DNA of 64,000 nucleotides. It comes from a virus. Its lineage: Duplodnaviria; Heunggongvirae; Uroviricota; Caudoviricetes. The notes below the pieces were generated by a model. The model was not told the DNA's origin and ran no database searches. It saw only the letters and a list, made by a program, of their open reading frames with translations. Below, piece by piece: positions 1 to 9,251 of this stretch; positions within the stretch are counted from its first letter, which is position 1, and each line of letters starts with the position of its first letter. The stretch lies in the IMG/VR virus record IMGVR_UViG_2648501802_000002; one strand, 5' to 3'. The translations under genes and the position numbers were made by a program.

Positions 1-951
1 GCCATCAACAATAGTTGTCACAGCCTGCTTGTGCGCTTCTCCTGATAAAGCCTGCATCTGGACAAAATCATTGGCTGCCGCATTAAGCGCCGTCAGAACA
101 TTACGCATATCCGGATCAGGTTCTTCTGCAACCATCCTTACCAGGCGCGCATCCTTATATGCCTTGGCAAAGATCGCGTTTTGTATACGGTCTACAAGTT
201 GCCGCGTTGGTCGCCCATCTTCCGTTACAAGGCCAGCAGCCTGTGTGGCACCAACTTGCGTCATGAATCCGCGAATAAACGCGTCATTACTGCGGCTAAG
301 CAGATCTCCACTTTCTGACGGGTTAAACAACGCCATCATCGCCGGTGTTATGCTGTCGGCATCAACAAAAGCCTTTTCACTGGCTGCCATTTCCTGGAGA
401 TCAGAAATATTTGAGTCCTTGGCAAACTGAACACGGTCAGCCTTCGTTAACCGGCGGCGCACCAGTACCGGAGCCGTCATTGATTCAACCTTTTCAGGCC
501 GTATGCCGAATTCGGTCGCATGTTCAATCAGGTACTCCCGATACCGATCCGCATTACCGTCCTGATAGGCTTTAATGATCCCCATGGTCCGCCCATTACC
601 TGACTCAACGGCATTGTCCTCACCAATTATTGGCGCGCCATGGCTGGATAAACCGGAATCGGTAAGCTGGGCAGGACGCAAATCCTTGGATATCTGGTTG
701 ACCTGAAGAAGGCTGGATGCGCGGGTCCGGTCGCGCGGCTGAAGTTCCTGGGGATAGTCTGGATTAATTTTCCCATCCAGAGTATTGGATACCAAAAGAA
801 CTGAGGCATCGACGATATCAAACGCTGTTTTTACCTCGTCTCCCTTCGCTGTCACCACATACGAAACCCGCCCGTAATCGGGCAGGTTTTTTAGCAGCTC
901 GATCAGCGTTTCTATGCTGGTGGCCATCACCACCTGATCGCTTAAGCTCAT
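1..951 (-). CDS. Partial CDS (N-terminal part; runs off the window start); ParB/Srx-like N-terminal domain protein
   Basis: Manual minus-strand translation from ATG near 949-951 (MSLSDQVVMATSIETL...) stays open to position 1; motifs QPRDRTR and SGNGRT resemble the ParB/sulfiredoxin fold. Absent from the ORF track because there is no stop in the window. Confidence 0.45.
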   Translation of the reverse strand, partial: MSLSDQVVMATSIETLIELLKNLPDYGRVSYVVTAKGDEVKTAFDIVDASVLLVSNTLDGKINPDYPQELQPRDRTRASSLLQVNQISKDLRPAQLTDSGLSSHGAPIIGEDNAVESGNGRTMGIIKAYQDGNADRYREYLIEHATEFGIRPEKVESMTAPVLVRRRLTKADRVQFAKDSNISDLQEMAASEKAFVDADSITPAMMALFNPSESGDLLSRSNDAFIRGFMTQVGATQAAGLVTEDGRPTRQLVDRIQNAIFAKAYKDARLVRMVAEEPDPDMRNVLTALNAAANDFVQMQALSGEAHKQAVTTIVDG

Positions 952-963
952 CCCTGTTACGCC

Positions 964-1329
964 TTATGCTGCCTCTTTAATGTTGGCGGCTATCCATGCC
1001 GCCGTGTGCTGTTTAACCTGGTCCAGATCGATGTATGTGCCAACATATTGACTCAAGTCCTGCAACGTACCGATAAATGCATCGGTGCTCTGATCGACGA
1101 ATTTATCAGCCAGGAAATCAGCAACCAGTTTTGGCACACCATCATGTACCGAAGGTTGTTTTTCCTCGCCACTACCGCCGCCGGACGCGCCGTACCCCAT
1201 CTGTTGCATGATCTGGTCAATTTCATCGCTGATATCCAGCAACTCCATGCCACTCGCGGTAGCCGCTTTGGACATCAGAGCATCCAACTTATCGCTGAGA
1301 TCCATTAACTCAATAGCTGATAGTGTCAT
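964..1329 (-). CDS. Hypothetical small acidic protein (position of ddrA in a P1 dar-like operon)
   Basis: ORF track 121 aa; co-directional with and overlapping the stop of the upstream 639-aa gene. Confidence 0.5.
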   Translation of the reverse strand: MTLSAIELMDLSDKLDALMSKAATASGMELLDISDEIDQIMQQMGYGASGGGSGEEKQPSVHDGVPKLVADFLADKFVDQSTDAFIGTLQDLSQYVGTYIDLDQVKQHTAAWIAANIKEAA

Positions 1330-3245
1330 GCCGCTACCCCCGCTTTCTGGATTGCTACCAGCAGATCAGCCAGGTGGCGAGCTGCGCCGTTAACCAGCTC
1401 TTCGTTTTCCTCAAAACGTCCGGCAGCCTGAAGGGCTGCAATCGCTTCCCGGACATTGCCCCGGGCGTTACGGATCTCCGCCATGTCAGTGCTTTGTATA
1501 TCCATCACGTTATTGAGATATTCAATGGCTTTATTAGCCTCTGCATCTGCTTCGCTAACCGTTTCATCAGGCTGTGCCGGGGCCGGTTCTGGCTGAGTAA
1601 TCTCACCGACTTCGGCCTGCAATGCATTGATCATGCTCTGCACCATTTTCTCGGTGCCAGCGCCCCCAGGAAACGCAATATTGGGGAAAGTTTTTTGAAA
1701 CTGAGTTTTCAGCATTACGCGGAACTCGTCTGGTGAGCTGGTGGCCAGCTCCAGAGCTTTTTGTGCATATTTGCCAAACGGACCATTAGTAAGTGTCTTC
1801 GCCAGGAAGTCGAAAGAATCCTCGCGAGGCAATAACTTCAGGTCGTACTCACTCATTTGCTGATCAGAAAGCGGGGTATCGTAAGTAGCAATGCCGTAGC
1901 GTGCATATTCATAATACGGGTCACCTTCATCAGGGCGCGGCAGAATTGCTTTGTTACCTTCAGGTATTGCGCCAGGGGCCGCCGGACGCATTTGCAGGGC
2001 ATATCGATATGCACCTACAGAGACTTCTGGTTCAGGCGAAGAGCTACCGGTATCCTCCGCTGGTTCAGGCTCGACGTTTTCCGGTTTATGTTCTTCTGGT
2101 TGGACCAGGTATTCCGATACATTACCCGCTTTATAGGCTTTAAACAGCTTGCCGATCGCATCTGCCATGTCCACACCCTGTATGGATTTAGCCTTGATCA
2201 TGTATACGCTGCCATCCGGATCGGTTAACTGGATATACCCTTCGCCGCCCCCAATGAATTGCTTCATTGATGCACCATTACTGAGCGTCACTTCCCCGTC
2301 CATATGCATACGATTTTTGATACTGGCAAGGCGATCCGTCAGCGCGCGAGAGTGCCCACCAGTCATCCCCGCTGGAGCAATGGTATCGCGCCCACCAGTG
2401 CGATTGAGCTGATCAATCTCCGTCTGCAAACGCTCATTCTCTTCATAAAGAGAATCCGCTTCCGATGCAACAGCGTTAATTTTCTGCTCCAGATCTGCCT
2501 TCTGCCCTTCTACCGCTGCCACCTGATCCGCGAGGTCGCTCATGGCATCCTCTTTCTGGTCACTGTCAGCCTGTAGTTGGGTTATTTCATCAACAAGGGC
2601 TTTTTTCTTCTTCTGCGCACGCTGGAATTTTGCCGAGTTTTTCTCTGCAAGGTTGGCAAGTTTCATGGTGACCTGCGCCAGCGTCATATCACGTCCACTC
2701 ATCGGAGCAACGGTGTGAGTAACGTCTTTTTTATTCAGTAAGAACTGGAAAGCAACCAGCGTATCGCTATTGGTGATCCGGTTTTCCGCTGTCGGGCTAT
2801 GAAACAGAATGCTGATAGTCTGACCATCACTGAGCGGAATAATGGCTGGCAGGACTGGCAGCCCGTTAACGTTACGTGCCCGGCCAATTTCAGCGCCGCC
2901 GATCGCGCGCGCGCCGCTCTGGGCCACATCCCCCGTTTTATCACTCCCCGCAGAGATTCCGGTACCATTCAGCTTCTGGTTCAATGCCCGGACAAATGCC
3001 TGCATGGTCCGGTGTAACTGCAAACGAGTAGAACTAATCGCCTCCAATAAATCCGTAGCACACCAGTGGATCGGCGTGTCATAGAAGAACGTTGCCTCGA
3101 TTTCCTCCAGGGTGTTGGATTCCGTCATCAGATAGCGGTCCTGACCAGCCATTAATGCGCGATATTCATCATCAGTCACCGGCGGGGGAAGCACGTCAAG
3201 CCCCGGCTTAATCGTCACCCCTTTATTGATATTGAACTGTTCCAT
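1326..3245 (-). CDS. Large coiled-coil protein, candidate DarA-like antirestriction / internal virion protein
   Basis: ORF track 639 aa; central coiled-coil (LQADSDQKEDAMSDLADQVAAVEGQKADLEQK); shares a domain with the upstream 203-aa protein (DGQxIxI...KNSAKFQ). The size and the paralogous upstream fragment fit P1 hdf-darA from memory; not verified by alignment. Confidence 0.5.
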   Translation of the reverse strand: MEQFNINKGVTIKPGLDVLPPPVTDDEYRALMAGQDRYLMTESNTLEEIEATFFYDTPIHWCATDLLEAISSTRLQLHRTMQAFVRALNQKLNGTGISAGSDKTGDVAQSGARAIGGAEIGRARNVNGLPVLPAIIPLSDGQTISILFHSPTAENRITNSDTLVAFQFLLNKKDVTHTVAPMSGRDMTLAQVTMKLANLAEKNSAKFQRAQKKKKALVDEITQLQADSDQKEDAMSDLADQVAAVEGQKADLEQKINAVASEADSLYEENERLQTEIDQLNRTGGRDTIAPAGMTGGHSRALTDRLASIKNRMHMDGEVTLSNGASMKQFIGGGEGYIQLTDPDGSVYMIKAKSIQGVDMADAIGKLFKAYKAGNVSEYLVQPEEHKPENVEPEPAEDTGSSSPEPEVSVGAYRYALQMRPAAPGAIPEGNKAILPRPDEGDPYYEYARYGIATYDTPLSDQQMSEYDLKLLPREDSFDFLAKTLTNGPFGKYAQKALELATSSPDEFRVMLKTQFQKTFPNIAFPGGAGTEKMVQSMINALQAEVGEITQPEPAPAQPDETVSEADAEANKAIEYLNNVMDIQSTDMAEIRNARGNVREAIAALQAAGRFEENEELVNGAARHLADLLVAIQKAGVAA

Positions 3246-3246
3246 G

Positions 3247-3858
3247 TTAATTTCCTGCTTTCAGTTGCTTAAGACGGCGTTTGAGTTCGCCATTCCGTGC
3301 CTTTTCGTTATTGAGTCGGCCCGTCTCCTTATCCAACTTCGCCCGCAAATCTGTGATCTGCTGTTGATTGAAAGACACCGAATTCTGCGCGGACTTATAA
3401 GCGGCAACCACCTGAGCATTCCGCTGTTTTGCTTCTTGCAGGCGCTGAAAGTTGGATTTAACTGCCGGTTTCTTGTCTACCGGATTGGCAACACGCTTCG
3501 CTTTGGCGATCAGTGATTTCTGGAATTTCGCAGAGTTTTTGCGGGCCGCTTGCCCCATGACGGTACCAAGCGTCTTGATATCTGGCGACTGTGCGTTAGG
3601 AATAGATTTTCCATTCAGTTTCACAGCCGATATATCACCAGTATCGTTTACCTGTATGGCAAGAATTTGTCCGTCGTTAAGAACCAGTTTTGCGGTTTTA
3701 ACTTTAACGCCATCTTTCGTTGTTGCGCGGTTGCTGGAGTCAACCTCAATTACCGTAACACCGGTTTTATTGATCGCCGCGATAAGGGATTTCAGCCCCT
3801 TTTCATTAACCTGGTCAAAATCGACCGTTGCATACTTATTTTTCGTCATCTGACACAT
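3247..3858 (-). CDS. Hdf-like protein (homolog of a fragment of the 639-aa protein)
   Basis: ORF track 203 aa; motif ...LNDGQILAIQVND...ARKNSAKFQ matches ...LSDGQTISILFHS...AEKNSAKFQ in the downstream 639-aa protein. Confidence 0.5.
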   Translation of the reverse strand: MCQMTKNKYATVDFDQVNEKGLKSLIAAINKTGVTVIEVDSSNRATTKDGVKVKTAKLVLNDGQILAIQVNDTGDISAVKLNGKSIPNAQSPDIKTLGTVMGQAARKNSAKFQKSLIAKAKRVANPVDKKPAVKSNFQRLQEAKQRNAQVVAAYKSAQNSVSFNQQQITDLRAKLDKETGRLNNEKARNGELKRRLKQLKAGN

Positions 3859-4279
3859 CCTGTGCGAGATTTATTACGTAACTTCTGCGGATTTGCTGAG
3901 TAACAGGGAAAATCCGATACAACGGGTTAATGAACGAGTCGCCATGCGTAACCATGACGTTGAAATGCCACAGTCGCTCTCCTTTACCCATATATTCAGT
4001 GGGTATGTACAACCATTCACTGTTTTCGCCCTGTTCAGCCGACGTCAGACAACGTTGTTCGCCTTCAATCACTGTCGTCGGCTTCTGAACATCGCGGATC
4101 CAATATCTGACCGTTGCGCCGCGCAAAAACGGGAATTTAGACCGGTATTTGAACGGCACCCGAATGAAACCCGGTTTAATTTCCACATCACCAAGTTCTA
4201 AATGCGTGATGTCCTTGCGTTTTAGCAAATAGCGATCGGCTAAGGCTAACGCAAGAACGCATACACCCCAGCCAATCAT
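3836..4279 (-). CDS. Hypothetical protein (position of P1 lydB-like gene)
   Basis: ORF track 147 aa; overlaps neighbours in operon fashion. Confidence 0.45.
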   Translation of the reverse strand: MIGWGVCVLALALADRYLLKRKDITHLELGDVEIKPGFIRVPFKYRSKFPFLRGATVRYWIRDVQKPTTVIEGEQRCLTSAEQGENSEWLYIPTEYMGKGERLWHFNVMVTHGDSFINPLYRIFPVTQQIRRSYVINLAQDVSDDEK

Positions 4280-4605
4280 TTCCCACCTCCCTTTTTCACC
4301 AAACTTGTAAGAACATTCAGAATGCTATCGATATTCACTCGTTTCATCCCTGAAATCACCTCATGACCGTTATTGCTGGCTATCGTTACCATTAAGTACG
4401 TAATTGATAACTCCCAGCCTTCGTGTTGCCCCAATAGGTACGCCACCGCGCCAGCTGTCACTGCAACAAAGATCTCCGTAACCAATCCCAACAAGTTGCC
4501 AGACTGGCGACCATCTCGGACATCCATCAGGAACGTGCCTATCCCACCAATTACTGAAAGCAGGAGCGCAATAGCAACTGGAGCTAATTCCTGTGTGTCA
4601 AGCAC
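4276..4605 (-). CDS. Small membrane protein, holin-like (P1 LydA-like position)
   Basis: ORF track 109 aa; hydrophobic helices (VAIALLLSVIGGIGTFLM; IFVAVTAGAVAYLLG) and charged C-terminus; first gene of a co-directional operon. Confidence 0.45.
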   Translation of the reverse strand: MLDTQELAPVAIALLLSVIGGIGTFLMDVRDGRQSGNLLGLVTEIFVAVTAGAVAYLLGQHEGWELSITYLMVTIASNNGHEVISGMKRVNIDSILNVLTSLVKKGGGK

Positions 4606-4705
4606 AAGTTCCCTCCTACGTTGTCAGGAGGTAATGGTATGCAAAGTAACTTCTCAACCGGTCATGTTACTTGACATCCTCCACGTCCTTTAGAGCGTGG
4701 AGGAT

Positions 4706-5177
4706 GTGTGCGCCCAGCATGGGCGCGATCTTGGAGGTGAAAGCCCTCCCGCGAGCTGACCACAGCGAGCGAAAGGAAGTGCAACTGCGTGAGGGCGGCT
4801 AGGCGTGGGGAGGAAGCACGGAATGAACCCGTGAGCCGATGAACAAGAATCGGATATGAGGCGCGATGGAGCAAGGCGAGCAGGCACATCACTGCGAAGC
4901 TTTCGTGACAAAGTCGCGTAGATCCGACGGTTGTGCGGGGAAGGATCGCGTTCTTACCTGGGGAGTTCTCGCCTCATGCCTGAAAGGGCAACGTCGTAAG
5001 ACGGAGCGAGAAGTCAGCAGAGGCCGTAGTAGTCAGGACTCCGACGAAGGGCCGAACGAGAAGGAAAGCCAAAAGATATGACTCTTGACAGGACATTGCG
5101 TCAGAAGCCGGGGAAGCCCGGTACGGACCCGCATGCCGGGTGGTGTGGCAGGGGCGCAGCCTTGTGCTCCCCCCTAT
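4706..5177 (+). ncRNA. Candidate ORF-less group II intron-like structured RNA (possibly a decayed remnant)
   Basis: GC-rich segment with no credible ORF. Starts GTGCGCCCAGCATGGG (group II GUGYG 5' consensus, close to Ll.LtrB GUGCGCCCAGAUAGGG from memory) directly 3' of a perfect 11-bp hairpin (CATCCTCCACG-N10-CGTGGAGGATG, 4675-4706). Many GNRA-like loops; ends ...CUCCCCCCUAU (AY 3' end). No RT/IEP ORF, and I could not pick out an unambiguous domain V by eye. Confidence 0.3.
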
Positions 5178-5603
5178 GCCGATCAAGCAGAACATTGTGC
5201 TGGGCCTCTGACGCATCTCCTTGATGGTCTTGGCATCGTGCTTAAGTGGATTGGTGTCGTCTCTGATAGGCTCATGGAGGCAGAATGAAACTCAAAAATC
5301 CGGGACAGCACGCAAAACAGGCTGCACAAAAAGCGCAGGTTGCGTAGGAGTGGAATCCCGCTCCCAAAAAATGGTGCAGAAGTTGCGGCAGTGGTCATCC
5401 GACGCACTGGAAAATAACAAACCCGCCGTGACCAGAATCGGAGGCCTGAGGGAGTGACCGTAAAACCGGATAACCCAGGCAGCAAATACCCGCTGGATGA
5501 GGCATGGTTCCGGCAGATAATACCGAAAACCGCCAGACACACTGGATAATCAGTAGAAATAACCCATTAAAATCATTATAATAATTGGGCACATTATTAT
5601 ATT

Positions 5604-6167
5604 ATGCTGAATAATAGAGACATGAATATTAATGAACTTAAAGACTGTATTCACTATGAAGTAATCGGTAGCGAGCGTCCTTTCTCCTGGCGAAAGGCAA
5701 TTGTTCGCGCAATAAAACATAGAAGAGTTCGTTATTTATTTTGGTGGCGCATAGCCAAATACCTTTTTGATAAAGGCGGATACTGTCGGAAGATTGCGGG
5801 GAAAATGGAACGTTTCATTCTTGATAAATATAGTGTAACAGTCCCTTTAACTGTAAATATAGGGAAAGGCTTTGATATTTCTTATCTCAACGGTGTTGTT
5901 ATCGGTCACAAAGTAACCATTGGTGAAAATTGTTCAATAAAACCAGGGGTAACTATTGGGCTACGTGGTGATTTTAATGATATGGATATTGTTATAGGAC
6001 ATAATGTGACCATTGGTTGTAATGCCACCATTCTTGGTGGCAAAGTGCGTATAGGAAACAATGTCACAATAGGTGCTCATGCATTGGTATTGCATGATAT
6101 TCCTGATGATTCAACATTCATCACTAAATTTCAGTCTGAAGTTATCTGCTCGTCCTCTTGCACATAA
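5604..6167 (+). CDS. Hexapeptide-repeat (left-handed beta-helix) acetyltransferase, WcaF/LacA-like; moron
   Basis: ORF track 187 aa; hexapeptide repeats ([22 protein letters not shown]...[33 protein letters not shown]); AT-rich island; convergent with tfa; TATAAT-like box near 5577. Confidence 0.8.
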   Translation: MLNNRDMNINELKDCIHYEVIGSERPFSWRKAIVRAIKHRRVRYLFWWRIAKYLFDKGGYCRKIAGKMERFILDKYSVTVPLTVNIGKGFDISYLNGVVIGHKVTIGENCSIKPGVTIGLRGDFNDMDIVIGHNVTIGCNATILGGKVRIGNNVTIGAHALVLHDIPDDSTFITKFQSEVICSSSCT

Positions 6168-6748
6168 CCCTGATTCATCAGCTCTGGCCATACGATATCC
6201 GGAGCTGTACTGGTGTCAATTCGACTCACTAATACTCTGTATTTTCTCCAGGAATCCAGTTGTGAATTTTCCTCGGTTGTTGCTATTTCAAGATTAACTG
6301 CATCCTGCAGAATTGCGATGTTATCTGTTGCCTCCTGAATCAACCTTGCCTTTTTCTCTTCCGCTTCCCGTATCCGAAACAGTTTTTCTGCTTCCTCATC
6401 CTTCACCCAGGATACGCCGTCCCACTTCTGATACTCCCCTGCTGGCGACAACCAGGTGACATTCTCTGGTAACGGTCCGAGTTCAGAAATAAACAACGCG
6501 TCCCCCGATGCCACGTCATAGACCGTTTTACCACGATGGTCTTCAACAATAATCCATGATTCATTTTCACTGTTAAAAACTGCCACAAAGCCAGCAGGAA
6601 TTTCCGGTGGGGCGATATCTGTAGAATTAGCTGGTAGCCCTGTATGAGGTGGAATATATGCGTCACCTTCACCAATAAACTCATTAGTTCCGGCGAGCAG
6701 GTTATAAATTTTTACAGTACGTGATTGTTCACTCATTCTGAATGCCAT
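6131..6748 (-). CDS. tfa: Tail fibre assembly protein Tfa
   Basis: ORF track 205 aa; N-terminus [41 protein letters not shown] is near-identical to lambda Tfa as I recall it. Confidence 0.9.
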   Translation of the reverse strand: MAFRMSEQSRTVKIYNLLAGTNEFIGEGDAYIPPHTGLPANSTDIAPPEIPAGFVAVFNSENESWIIVEDHRGKTVYDVASGDALFISELGPLPENVTWLSPAGEYQKWDGVSWVKDEEAEKLFRIREAEEKKARLIQEATDNIAILQDAVNLEIATTEENSQLDSWRKYRVLVSRIDTSTAPDIVWPELMNQGYVQEDEQITSD

Positions 6749-7640
6749 TATGCAAGCCTCACAATATAATTAAATGCGATGTTTTTAACGGTGTTTTCCG
6801 AGTTACCAGCAGCGTTAACGGTGATGGTGTGTCCATGTGAACCAATCGCAACAGAGTGCGTATGAGCGCCAATATCAACTGTATGTGCATGCGCCCCTGC
6901 ACTTGCAGCGGTGCCTGATACTGAGTGGGTGTGTGCACCAGAAGAAGGCACAGTTCCATTCCCCACCACAGTGCCGCTTGATGAGCCATCAAGCCAGTCG
7001 AAATTCATACCGCCACCATCTGGTCTCCTTAATGGAACGGTATGAGTATGTGCGCCAGCACTATTTGCAGTACCAGATACATTGTGGGTATGTGCACCTG
7101 TGTTATTCGTTGATTTAGTACCGTAATCAAACGAAGATGTGGTTTTCGTACCCAAATCCGTATTGGATGCGCTGGCGCTGTGGGTGTGCGATTTAATGCC
7201 ATCCTGTTCCAGAGACAATACGTCCCGACCACTGGCGGGTTTGCCCTTGATTGTCCAGCCACGCATATCCGGGATCACGCCTGACGGATAAGCGGCTGCA
7301 AGTTTCGGGTATGCAGATTTGTCAAAAGTCTGTCCCTGCATCAGGGCGTAACCAGACGGCACAGTATCTGATGGCCACGGATGCGGAACACCAACAGGAA
7401 GGACCTCAATATCCCCGGAACCATCAAACGAAACGTTATTAATTTTACGGGCTGTTTTCAGCTTTGTAGCCGTTGAGGCATTGCCGGACAGCTCACCAGA
7501 AATGCCACCAACAACTGTTAGATCACCAGTTATTGTGCCGCCTGAACTTTCCAGTTTTTTAGCAACATCACTCTTAATAGAGTCGATTTCTTTTTTTCAG
7601 ATTAGTTATATCTGCTGGTATCGTTGTCACTGTTGCCATA
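6748..7640 (-). pseudogene. Side tail fibre C-terminal (receptor-binding) gene interrupted by a +1 frameshift in an A7 tract
   Basis: ATG near 7638-7640 with AAGGA Shine-Dalgarno; reads [16 protein letters not shown] then hits a stop. The long frame (..[23 protein letters not shown]...[15 protein letters not shown]...GAHTHSV...[11 protein letters not shown], lambda Stf-like C-terminus) opens at the homopolymer (plus-strand T7 at about 7594-7600). A6 would give one ORF of about 297 aa. Confidence 0.65.
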
Positions 7641-7812
7641 TTAATTCCTTACGCCCATTCCCGCAGCGGTTGTTCTAATTGAACTTCAAAACCATCAAAC
7701 ATTTGTTGTTTCAAACTGTTGTTTAAAATACGAACATTAACGAAGAAGCCATCATTTTTAATCACTGTTGGTTCTTCGTTCTCGCCGTTTGGTATTTCGG
7801 TATATGTAACAC

Positions 7813-9240
7813 CTACAACATCAAGAAGAATGTTGTTTTGCAGCTCTTCATTATCGTGGTGCCGAGTTCTCTTAAACCAAGGTATTGGATAACAGCAAGG
7901 ACGCTTGTTTTGGACAGAATATCGCGACCGACTGACGTTAAGTCAGTCTGAGAAACAGTGTCTGTACCGGTAAAGTACGGCAGTTTATTTGCGCCTGTAG
8001 CAAGACCAGCAAGCGCGGTTAAAGTTGCATCCAGAGGCTGTTTGCCTGCCAGCGCATTTGTCATTGTTGTCGCAAAGTTCGGGTCATTACCAAGTGCTGC
8101 GGCAAGCTCATTCAGGGTATCAAGAGCTTCTGGTGATGAACCAACCAATGCGGATATGGCAGCTCTTACATAAGCAGTCGTAGCAATCTGCGTATTATTT
8201 GTGCCCTGCGCAGCCGTAGGCGCAGTAGGGACTCCCGTTAATGCAGGGCTTGCCAAAGGCGCTTTGAGGGCTAGGGCATTGTTGATAGTTGTGCTGAAAT
8301 TCGGGTCGTTATTGATCGCAGCAGCTATTTCTTTAAGCGTATCCAGTGTGCCAGGTGCACCGTTGATAAGTGCCGTTATAGCTGACTTAACAAAGGCTGT
8401 ATTTGCGATCTGCGTGCTATTTGTACCTTGCGCTGCCGTCGGCGCGGTTGGCGTTCCTGTCAGACTCGGGCTTTCTATTGGCGCTTTGGTATCAGCAAGA
8501 CCTTTTACAGACTTAACGGCTTTAGGGGTAGCCGCCATTGTTTCGCTGTCGCTGTTAGTTTCGCTACTGAGCTGAACTAATCCCTTTTGCGTTGTGCTTG
8601 CATCCTGTGCCGTATACTTGCTTTTCGCCAGATCGTAGGCTTTTTTAGCTGCCAGCGAACTTGCAGCAACATCACTTCTGCTACTGGTTACAGAGTCTGA
8701 AATATCAATGCCGATCGTGCGGTTAATACGCTCGGATGTATCAATCATCTCCTGGGTAATGGCTGATACGCCAGCAGGGATATTCACCGTACAAACAAGC
8801 AGCTCTCCATCTCCTAACTGATATGAATCGGTATAGGTTCTGGCAACAAATTCAGCCGCATGAATATGTGACGCGGTATTAACCTGATAGGTATCCTCTC
8901 CAAGGAGGTATCTTCCCTTCAGCACAATTGCATATTTCTTGCCTTCACTAAGTGCAAGAGAAATATCCTTACGGTGCCGAATAGTTACCTGGTAGAATTC
9001 ACCAATATCCACTGACGCAGCGCCAGCAGTTTTATCACCATCCACTGAGGTGATTAACAGGTTCATACCACCGCCAGGCTTCGGCAGGAAACCGGCATAA
9101 AACCCAGGATCAACAATTCCCCTGAATTTTCGGTTTAGCGCGGCTGACAGATATGGTTCGTGGTATTGCACATCAGCCACCAGAGCCAGTGACTCGGGCG
9201 ATGGGTAAGTAACTGATGTAACAACTGTAACGTCATTCAT
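7813..9240 (-). CDS. Tail fibre protein, N-terminal/constant part (Stf / P1 S-like)
   Basis: ORF track 7813..9327; start set at internal MNDVTVVTSV. Contains TTQKGLVQLSSETNSDSETMAATPKAVKSV and repeated SP(A/S)LTG(T/V)PTAPTAAQGTN fibre repeats. Ends abruptly after YLGLRELGTT. Confidence 0.8.
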   Translation of the reverse strand: MNDVTVVTSVTYPSPESLALVADVQYHEPYLSAALNRKFRGIVDPGFYAGFLPKPGGGMNLLITSVDGDKTAGAASVDIGEFYQVTIRHRKDISLALSEGKKYAIVLKGRYLLGEDTYQVNTASHIHAAEFVARTYTDSYQLGDGELLVCTVNIPAGVSAITQEMIDTSERINRTIGIDISDSVTSSRSDVAASSLAAKKAYDLAKSKYTAQDASTTQKGLVQLSSETNSDSETMAATPKAVKSVKGLADTKAPIESPSLTGTPTAPTAAQGTNSTQIANTAFVKSAITALINGAPGTLDTLKEIAAAINNDPNFSTTINNALALKAPLASPALTGVPTAPTAAQGTNNTQIATTAYVRAAISALVGSSPEALDTLNELAAALGNDPNFATTMTNALAGKQPLDATLTALAGLATGANKLPYFTGTDTVSQTDLTSVGRDILSKTSVLAVIQYLGLRELGTTIMKSCKTTFFLML

Positions 9241-9251
9241 CAAGCATATCC

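Noticed and set aside
29-575. Plus-strand ORFs 29..430 and 345..575
   Set aside because: They lie antisense within the long minus-strand ParB-domain gene and have Ser/Arg/Ala-rich composition typical of shadow frames.
4662-5592. Cluster of overlapping 60-120 aa ORFs on both strands in the GC-rich segment
   Set aside because: Mutually overlapping, low-complexity, with no start context; better explained as ORF-free structured RNA or decayed DNA (see the intron-like finding).
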